From: Planctomycetota bacterium | GTDB taxonomy: Bacteria; Planctomycetota; PLA2; JAEUHO01 | Direction: 5' to 3' | Assembly (NCBI GenBank): GCA_020631815.1 | Contig: JACKGW010000001.1 | Span: 209,683 to 273,682 of the forward strand | DNA length: 64,000 bases | In this document: positions 57,860 to 64,000 of the stretch, one piece after another | Layout: each line of letters begins with the position of its first letter | How positions within the stretch are numbered: position 1 is the stretch's first letter | The notes under the pieces: model-generated | The model's input: the letters and a program-made list of their open reading frames with translations, nothing else | Told to the model about the DNA's origin: nothing | The model's database searches: none | Program-made: the position numbers and the translations under genes

Positions 57860-58789
57860 ATGCCGAAGACCCAGACGATGCCTCACCTCGTGCCCGATGC
57901 CTCCGTTGGCGCGGCCCCTCCCCTGGACCGGCCGTTCCTGCTGGACCATGACCTCGTCGGCCATCCGCTGCTCCAGATCGACTCCTTGATCGATCTGGCC
58001 CGCCGGCTGCCGCCGAGCCAGCTCCAGTACAACCGCGGTGACCTCGAGCCGTTCTTCGATCGTCGCAACGTGCCTAGCAACGGTCTGACAGCCGAGCAGA
58101 CCCTGGCCGAGATCGAGCGCTGCCGCTCGTGGATGGTCATCAAGCACGTCCAGAGCGACCCCGCTTACCGCGGTCTGCTCGACGACGTGCTCGACGCGGT
58201 CGAGCAGGAGGTGTTCGGCGGGCGCATCCCCGAGATGCACCAGCGCGAGGGCTACATCTTCGTGACGTCGCCCGGCAGCGTGACGCCCCTCCACATGGAC
58301 CCCGAGCACAACGTGCTGTGGCAGATCCAGGGCTCGAAGACCATGACCGTCTGGGAGCCCGGACGTCAGGAATTCCTGCCGGACCGCTTCCTCGAGGACT
58401 TCTACACGTCGCGCGCCCACGGCACGCTGCAGATCGAGCGCATCGACGAGCCGGGCCAGCCGTTCACGATCCAGGCGGGCCAGGGCTTGCACGTGCCGCT
58501 CGAGTCGCCGCACTACGTCCAGAACGGCGATGCCGTCTCGATCTCCTTCAGCACGACGTGGCGCTCCGCGGCGTCCGTGCGCAAGGCCACGGTGCACCAG
58601 TTCAACGCCAAGGCGCGCAAGCTGGGCCTGCACCCGGCGCCGTTCGGTCGCCATCCGTGGGCCGATGGCAGCAAGGCCGCCATGATGCGCACGGGACGGG
58701 CCCTCAAGCGCGCCCTGGGTCGCGGGGACGAGTCGCCGGGCGCGCGCGGCGAGCGCTACGGGAGCCCGGACGGCGGGGGCATGCAGTAG
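57860..58789 (+). CDS. Cupin/JmjC-like domain protein (putative 2OG-Fe(II) oxygenase fold)
   Basis: ATG 57860. Core YIFVTSPGSVTPLHMDPEHNVLWQIQGSKTMTVW (HxD...H facial-triad-like). Second His in HVPLESPHYVQN. Confidence 0.65.
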   Translation: MPKTQTMPHLVPDASVGAAPPLDRPFLLDHDLVGHPLLQIDSLIDLARRLPPSQLQYNRGDLEPFFDRRNVPSNGLTAEQTLAEIERCRSWMVIKHVQSDPAYRGLLDDVLDAVEQEVFGGRIPEMHQREGYIFVTSPGSVTPLHMDPEHNVLWQIQGSKTMTVWEPGRQEFLPDRFLEDFYTSRAHGTLQIERIDEPGQPFTIQAGQGLHVPLESPHYVQNGDAVSISFSTTWRSAASVRKATVHQFNAKARKLGLHPAPFGRHPWADGSKAAMMRTGRALKRALGRGDESPGARGERYGSPDGGGMQ

Positions 58790-58838
58790 CAGGGGCCTGT
58801 TGCACGCGGTCGACATCCGCCGAAGGGATGTCGCGCCG

Positions 58839-59579
58839 ATGCAACGCGTAGACTCCCTGGCCATGCGCACCCTCGGGCTGCTGGTCGTAGGCGACGAGAT
58901 CTTGGCGGGCGAGGTCCGGGACCGCAACGGGCCGTACCTCCTCGACCGGGCCCGCACCCTCGGTGTGCCGGTCGTCCTCGTGGTCACCGTGCCCGACGAC
59001 GCGGAGGCCGTTGCCGAAGCCCTCGAGCTGCTGCGGGCACGTGCAAGCACGGTGATCGTGTCCGGCGGCATCGGGCCCACGCACGACGACGTCACGCGCC
59101 AAGCGGTGGCCGCCGTCCTGGGCGTGGGCCTGTCGTGCCACGCGGACGCTGCGCGACGCCTGCGCGGCTTCTACGGCGAGGACGCCACCACCGCCGACCT
59201 CTCGATGGCGGACCTGCCGGAGGGTGCCGAGCTGGTCGAGGGGCTCCGGACCTCGGCCTTCGGCTTCCGCTGCGGGGACGTCGTCGTGTTGCCCGGCGTC
59301 CCCTCGCTCTATGCCGATCTCGTGGACGGCCTGGCCGCGTCCTGGGGCGGGACACCGCTCGCCCGCGCCGAGGTCATGACCCCCCATCGGGAGGGCGAGA
59401 TCGCGCCGGTCCTGGCGCGCATCCAGGACGACGCCACGGACGTCAGCATCGGTTCGTACCCCGAGCTGGAGGCCGGTCGGTGGCACGTCCGCGTCGTCGT
59501 GCGCGGGGCCGACCCCGACCGGGTGGAGGCCGTCCGGGTTCGTCTTGCCCGCGAGCTGGCCCGCTCCGTGGACCTCTAG
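58839..59579 (+). CDS. Molybdopterin-binding (MoCF-biosynthesis fold, CinA/MoaB-like) domain protein
   Basis: LGLLVVGDEILAGEVRDRNGPYLLDRARTLG...VIVSGGIGPTHDDVT matches the MogA/MoaB/CinA-N fold signature (GGTG..D.T). Start could be 58800, 58839 or 58863. Confidence 0.6.
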   Translation: MQRVDSLAMRTLGLLVVGDEILAGEVRDRNGPYLLDRARTLGVPVVLVVTVPDDAEAVAEALELLRARASTVIVSGGIGPTHDDVTRQAVAAVLGVGLSCHADAARRLRGFYGEDATTADLSMADLPEGAELVEGLRTSAFGFRCGDVVVLPGVPSLYADLVDGLAASWGGTPLARAEVMTPHREGEIAPVLARIQDDATDVSIGSYPELEAGRWHVRVVVRGADPDRVEAVRVRLARELARSVDL

Positions 59580-59672
59580 CGAGTCGCCCCGGGCCGGCCT
59601 GAAGCGCAGCCTTCCCAGCCTGGGGCGGCCTTGACGAGGGGGCGCGGGTGGCTACCGTTCTGGTCCCCGGGT

Positions 59673-59748
59673 GGGGCTGTAGCTCATTTGGTAGAGCGCC
59701 TGGTTCGCAATCAGGAGGTAAGGGGTTCGACTCCCCTCAGCTCCACCA
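59673..59748 (+). tRNA. tRNA-Ala (anticodon CGC), with encoded CCA
   Basis: Hand-folded cloverleaf: acceptor GGGGCTG/CAGCTCC with a G3:U70 wobble (alanine identity element). D-arm GCTC-ATTTGGT-AGAGC. Anticodon stem CCTGG/TCAGG with loop TTCGCAA (CGC). T-arm AGGGG-TTCGACT-CCCCT. Discriminator A then CCA. Confidence 0.9.
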
Positions 59749-59767
59749 CCCTTCTTCCCCGTTGGTG

Positions 59768-61150
59768 TCAGTCCTGCCCCGAGGCTTGGGCAGCAAGCGC
59801 TTCGAGGAAGGGCAGGGGCTCGTCGGCGAGGCACTTGAGGATCGTGCCGCCCGCCGTGAAGGCATGGGTGACGTCGCCCAGGCTGCCGTAGCGCTCGAGA
59901 GCCGCGCGGCCTTCGCCGCCGCCGACGTACACGGCGACGCCCGCCGCATGGAGCGCCTTCAGGGTCTCCACGAGCGACTCGGTCCCCGCCGCGAACGCGC
60001 GGTTCTCGAACTGGCCCATGACGCCGTTGTGGAACGCGACGCGGCGCTTGGTCGAGCCGGCCCAGGCCAGCGCCTCGTCGTGGAACAGCTGGCGCGTCTT
60101 GGGGCCGATGTCGCGCTGCCACGCATCCGGCGGGATCTCGTCGGCCACGCGACCGTCGTCCAGCACGAAGTCGACCGGCAGGACCACGCGCACGCCGCGC
60201 TCCTCGGCCGTGGCGAGGAGCTTGCGCGCCTGCTCGACGGCCGTGGCGGGCACGTAGGCCTTCGCCTCGCGCTGCGCGGGGTCACCCGCCGCCCCGATGG
60301 AGATGCGGCGGCCGTCGCGCTCGGCCGAGGCCTTGAGCAGCGCCATCGCGAGCCCACCACCGGCCAAGATCAGCTCGACGCGGCCGCGGGCCACGACGCC
60401 ATGCAGCTGCTTGAGCTTGTCCAGCTTCATGCCCGAGAAGCAGACGAGACCTGCCTCGCGCGCACGCACGACGTGCTCGGCCAGCTCGCGGCGCGAGAAC
60501 ACGCCCAGCGCCACGCGGCCCATGGCGAGCGGCATCGCGGTGGTGGAGAAGTCCTTGTTGCCCGACGCGATCGCGTCGTTGAGGTAGACGGTGCCCCCCT
60601 GGCGCATGGCCGTGGCGACGCGGGCGAACTGCGCGGTCAGCTGCGGCAGCTGCTCCTCGGTGGTGGTCCAGAGGCGACGCTCGAAGTCGTAGCGACGCAC
60701 GTTCTCGAGCACGAGGAACTGGCCGGGCTTGAGGCTCTCCACACCCTTCACGGCGATGCCGGTGAGCGTCTCGGCGTGCTCGTCGAACCAGTCGCGGATG
60801 AACGGACCGGCGCCCGGCTCGAGGTCACGCAGCCGCTGGTACACGTACTCGAGCGTGCTGTCGGCGTCGCGGCCGCGGTGGCCGAACACGAGCATGCGCC
60901 AGCCCTGGCGACGGCCCAGCTCGAGCGTCTCGTGCAGGCTCTTGAGGCGCGGGTCGTCGCCGATGACGCCGTCCACGTCGGCCACGTCGAGGTCCGCGCG
61001 AATCCAGACGGGCGTCCCCGGCGGCAGGTCGCTCAGGGACTCCGCCGTGGGAATCGCGGCCAGGCGCTCCTCGATGGTGGCGCGGGCCTTGTCGTAGCCC
61101 GCGGCCAGGCGCAGGGCGCGGGCGAAGGTGTCTGCGTGCAGCTGAGGCAT
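59768..61150 (-). CDS. Phosphoglycerate kinase-family protein (divergent, ~45-aa N-terminal extension)
   Basis: 460 aa from ATG 61150. PGK-like landmarks VWIRADLDV (cf. RVDFNVP), LENVRRYDFE (cf. LEN.RF..EE), GGGEG..AL (cf. GGGDS), C-terminal GGT.LK.L. The upstream extension to 61300 is rejected. Confidence 0.7.
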   Translation of the reverse strand: MPQLHADTFARALRLAAGYDKARATIEERLAAIPTAESLSDLPPGTPVWIRADLDVADVDGVIGDDPRLKSLHETLELGRRQGWRMLVFGHRGRDADSTLEYVYQRLRDLEPGAGPFIRDWFDEHAETLTGIAVKGVESLKPGQFLVLENVRRYDFERRLWTTTEEQLPQLTAQFARVATAMRQGGTVYLNDAIASGNKDFSTTAMPLAMGRVALGVFSRRELAEHVVRAREAGLVCFSGMKLDKLKQLHGVVARGRVELILAGGGLAMALLKASAERDGRRISIGAAGDPAQREAKAYVPATAVEQARKLLATAEERGVRVVLPVDFVLDDGRVADEIPPDAWQRDIGPKTRQLFHDEALAWAGSTKRRVAFHNGVMGQFENRAFAAGTESLVETLKALHAAGVAVYVGGGEGRAALERYGSLGDVTHAFTAGGTILKCLADEPLPFLEALAAQASGQD

Positions 61151-61277
61151 GGCGTGGCTCCGAAGAGGGAGGATAGCCGCGGGCGGCCGCGCTTCCCCCG
61201 CGGCGCCGTGCGCGCCCCCCGGAGCGCCCGTGGCCGGGGGGCGAGCCCGTTGGAGCGGTCGGGGTAGAGTGCCCGCC

Positions 61278-62141
61278 ATGACCGTCGAAGACGTCCTCAC
61301 CCGCGTGGCCCGGTTCCGCCAGCCCGACCACGACGACGGCGAGCCCGTCGTCCAGGTGCGCGACCTCGTCGTGCGCTACGACCAGCAGGTCGTGCTCAAC
61401 GGCATCGACATGGACGTGCGCCGCGGCGAGATCGTGACGATCCTCGGTGGCAGCGGCAGCGGCAAGTCCACCTTGCTCCGCGCGATCCTCGGCCTGCTCA
61501 CGCCGGTGAGCGGCTCGGCGCGCGTGCTGGGCGTGGACCTTTCCTCGGCATCCGACGTGGAGCGCAACGCCGTCTACCGCAACCTCGGCATGGTCTACCA
61601 GGGTGGCGCGCTGTTCAGCTCGATGACCGTGTTCGACAACGTGGCCCTGCCGTTGCGTGAGCACACCGACCTGGACCCGGAGATCATCCGCATCGCCGTG
61701 CGCATGAAGCTCGGCGTCGTCGGCTTGGCGGGTTTCGAGAAGCGCTTCCCGAGCGAGCTCTCCGGGGGTCAGCGCAAGCGTGTCGCGTTCGCCCGCGCCA
61801 TCGCCGTCGACCCGCCGTTGTTGTTCGCCGACGAGCCCAGCGCCGGTCTCGACCCGCGCATCGGCCGCGGGCTCGACGACCTCATCCGCCGGCTGTGCCG
61901 CGCCTTCAACATGGCCGTCGTCGTGGTCACGCACGAGATGGAGAGCGTGGAGGTCATCGCCGACCGCATCGTCATGCTCGGCGCCCAGCCGGGCGGCGCG
62001 AAGGTGCTGTTCATGGGCACCTACGCCGAGATGCAGGCCTGCCCCGATCCCGAGGTGCAGGCCTTCCTCCAGCGCAAGGCCCTCCAGGAGCCGCGCACCG
62101 AGGCCGTCGAGATTCTCAAGCAGCTCGTCGGCGAGGACTGA
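61278..62141 (+). CDS. ABC transporter ATP-binding protein, MlaF/Ttg2A-like
   Basis: ATG 61278. Walker A GGSGSGKST, signature LSGGQRKRVAFARAI, Walker B LLFADEPSAGLD, H-loop VTHEM. MlaF-like overall. Confidence 0.85.
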   Translation: MTVEDVLTRVARFRQPDHDDGEPVVQVRDLVVRYDQQVVLNGIDMDVRRGEIVTILGGSGSGKSTLLRAILGLLTPVSGSARVLGVDLSSASDVERNAVYRNLGMVYQGGALFSSMTVFDNVALPLREHTDLDPEIIRIAVRMKLGVVGLAGFEKRFPSELSGGQRKRVAFARAIAVDPPLLFADEPSAGLDPRIGRGLDDLIRRLCRAFNMAVVVVTHEMESVEVIADRIVMLGAQPGGAKVLFMGTYAEMQACPDPEVQAFLQRKALQEPRTEAVEILKQLVGED

Positions 62142-62198
62142 CCGCACGGCGGGGCCGTCCCCGATTGACAGGCCCTGCCGCGCCTCCACGATGGCGCC

Positions 62199-62618
62199 AT
62201 GCCGTACGACCCCATCTTGGTCCAGCCCATGCGTGACGAGCTCACCCGCCTCGGGGTGGAGGAGCTGCTTGATGCCGATGCCGTGGATGCGTTCGTGAAG
62301 CGCCCCGGCACCAAGCTGATCGTCGTCAACAGCGTCTGCGGATGCGCGGCGGGCATGGCCCGTCCCGCCGTGACGCTGGCCCTGCGTCACGCCGTGCGCC
62401 CCGATCACGTGGCCTCGGTCTTCGCGGGCCAAGACCTCGAAGCCACGGCCAAGGCGCGCTCGTGGTTCCCCGACGTGCCGCCCAGCAGCCCGTCCATCTT
62501 CTTGGTCAAGGACCAGGAGCTGGTCGCGTTCGTGCCGCGCCACCGCATCGAGAACCGCGACGCCGCCTCGATCGCGTTCGATCTCGTCGAGGCCTTCGAC
62601 GCACATTGCGCCGCGTAG
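62199..62618 (+). CDS. Bacilliredoxin-family protein (BrxA/BrxB, YphP/YqiW, DUF1094) with CGC active site
   Basis: Near-collinear similarity to B. subtilis YphP: LIVVNSVCGCAAGMARPAV...PDHVASVFAGQDLEATAKAR..F...PSSPSIFLVKDQELVAFVPRHRIE. Confidence 0.8.
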   Translation: MPYDPILVQPMRDELTRLGVEELLDADAVDAFVKRPGTKLIVVNSVCGCAAGMARPAVTLALRHAVRPDHVASVFAGQDLEATAKARSWFPDVPPSSPSIFLVKDQELVAFVPRHRIENRDAASIAFDLVEAFDAHCAA

Positions 62619-62625
62619 CGGGCGC

Positions 62626-62919
62626 GTGGGCACCTTCCATCACGGCAAGGGCGATCTCCACGGCATCACCGTGGTCGTCGACACGTCCGGTTCGATCGTC
62701 TACGTCGGCCGCTGCGACACGATCACACCGCAGGGCGTGATCCTGCTCGACGCCGACGTGCACGATGCGTCGGCTCCGGGCGCGCAGGGTGCTCCCGTGA
62801 GCAAGGAGGCGTACCTCAAGCGCGCCGCCGCCTGGGGCGTGTTCAAGCGGCACGACCGGGTGGTCGTGCCGCACGCCGACGTGGCTTCCGTGCGGCCGCT
62901 CGGTGAGCTCGCTTCCTGA
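62626..62919 (+). CDS. Hypothetical protein (97 aa)
   Basis: GTG 62626, 8 nt after the BrxA-like stop. Strong GC3. No motif. Confidence 0.45.
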   Translation: MGTFHHGKGDLHGITVVVDTSGSIVYVGRCDTITPQGVILLDADVHDASAPGAQGAPVSKEAYLKRAAAWGVFKRHDRVVVPHADVASVRPLGELAS

Positions 62920-62928
62920 CCCGGCCGG

Positions 62929-63999
62929 TCAGTACGAAGCTTTCGACACGATCGAGTCCAGGACGGCCTGGATGGCGTCGCCCTGCTCCTCGCGATGCGC
63001 GGGGTCGGCCATCACGACGCCGATGAACGTGCGCAGGCCGTCGCTGGCCAGCTGCATCTCCACCCAGCGCCCCACGTCCGAGATCACGTAGCGGCAGCCG
63101 CCCTGTCCGGCGACTTGGCCGTCCACGACCTTGTCGGCATCGAAGCCGGGCACCTGCATCTTGAGCAGGTAGGGCAACGCCCCCTTGGTCATGCCCTGGT
63201 CGGCGATGAGGATCTGGATCACGCTGCCGTCGGGACCGCGGGCCATGGCAAACACGGGCCCCTTGTTGATCGGCATGGCCGACCAGCCCTCGGGCAGCTT
63301 GCGCATGCCGAGCCCACGGCGAGCGTTGACGAGCACGCAACCCTCGAGCGGGTTCTCGGGGGCCGACGTCGAGCTGGCGTCACCGTGGTCACCCTCGGCC
63401 TGGACGACCTGGGTGGCCAGTACGGCCTCGCGGAACGCATCGAAGCGATCGGCCGGCACGCCGTCGAGCACGTACACCTCGTGGTCGCGCTGCAGGATGG
63501 CGCACTTCCCGTGCTCGTTCTCGTAGACGGTGAACACGAGACCGTCCGGGCTCTCGACGAGGTCGGGCAGCGTGCGACCGCGCAGCGTCTCCACGGCCGT
63601 CAGCGCCTCGACCGCCTCGCGAGCGTCCTTCGCGCTGTCGAAGGCCAGGGCCTGCAGGACGACCAGCTTCTCGCCGCCATGGTCGAAGTAGACCACCTTG
63701 CCGCCGTCCCAGCCCATGGCCGCCTCGTGCGCACGGGCGTCCACGAAGGTGCCCTGGCCCAGGCTCTGGGGGTCCAGGCGACCGCGACGACCGCCCAGGA
63801 AGAAGTCCAGGTTCAGCGCGAAGTCGAGCTCGCCCAGCGTGTGCCCGTACCAGCGCGTCCAGCCCTCGCCGAGCGTCTCGGCGAGGTTGTCGGGGATGGT
63901 GATCGTCCGCGGCAGATCGCGGCGCGACGGGTCCATCCAGCGCTCGGGGTGCAGGAAGTGCTCCTGCGTGGTGGGCGGGTCCGCCCAGAGCTTCTGCAT
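62929..63999 (-). CDS. Hypothetical protein (≥356 aa; start at 63999 or beyond the window edge)
   Basis: Good GC3 over the whole length. ATG at 63999 but the frame is open to the window end. No motif recognised. Confidence 0.45.
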   Translation of the reverse strand: MQKLWADPPTTQEHFLHPERWMDPSRRDLPRTITIPDNLAETLGEGWTRWYGHTLGELDFALNLDFFLGGRRGRLDPQSLGQGTFVDARAHEAAMGWDGGKVVYFDHGGEKLVVLQALAFDSAKDAREAVEALTAVETLRGRTLPDLVESPDGLVFTVYENEHGKCAILQRDHEVYVLDGVPADRFDAFREAVLATQVVQAEGDHGDASSTSAPENPLEGCVLVNARRGLGMRKLPEGWSAMPINKGPVFAMARGPDGSVIQILIADQGMTKGALPYLLKMQVPGFDADKVVDGQVAGQGGCRYVISDVGRWVEMQLASDGLRTFIGVVMADPAHREEQGDAIQAVLDSIVSKASY

Positions 64000-64000
64000 G

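Noticed and set aside
59648-61267. 539-aa + strand ORF overlapping the tRNA and PGK
   Set aside because: It is antisense to the PGK gene and runs through the tRNA-Ala. Arg/Gly-rich.

Overview
The window is about 70% GC, so long arginine/glycine-rich ORFs in the wrong frames are common. I discriminated genes by homology motifs, GC3 codon bias, Shine-Dalgarno-preceded starts and ATGA start/stop overlaps. The gene content looks Myxococcota-like (inference): many secreted/lipoproteins, HEAT/TPR repeat proteins, a DUF4388 protein, a PASTA-domain protein, a GAF-PP2C phosphatase and a DUF1800 protein.

About 55 CDS are supported. They are housekeeping and accessory metabolism genes:
- peptidases: an M24B Xaa-Pro aminopeptidase, an M16 peptidase and an M19 dipeptidase
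- a GDPD phosphodiesterase
- a sensor histidine kinase/OmpR-family response regulator pair
- a thiolase and Kbl
- a carbamoyltransferase and a ferredoxin
- an NfeD-flotillin pair
- a soluble acyl-ACP desaturase next to a membrane His-box desaturase
- an FAD oxidoreductase
- a MoaD/ThiS-like protein next to a BNR-repeat protein
- two ABC transporter pairs (FtsX-like/LolD-like and ABC-2) plus a lone MlaF-like ATPase
- a divergent PGK and a BrxA-like bacilliredoxin
- one tRNA-Ala(CGC)

No CRISPR array, transposase, integrase or rRNA was found.

Two things stand out. First, a tightly coupled three-gene operon at 34332-37324: a coiled-coil protein with a PD-(D/E)xK-like C-terminal domain, a TMEM175/DUF1211-type channel protein, and a pseudo-receiver + DUF3052 protein. 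I propose it as a candidate uncharacterised system. Second, several families of short mosaic intergenic repeats recur across the window and are not explained by any gene: direct-repeat-flanked hairpins (GTCTGA boxes), a ccaccatcggc hairpin element with a conserved 3' tail, a 75-nt element and a ~115-nt element.
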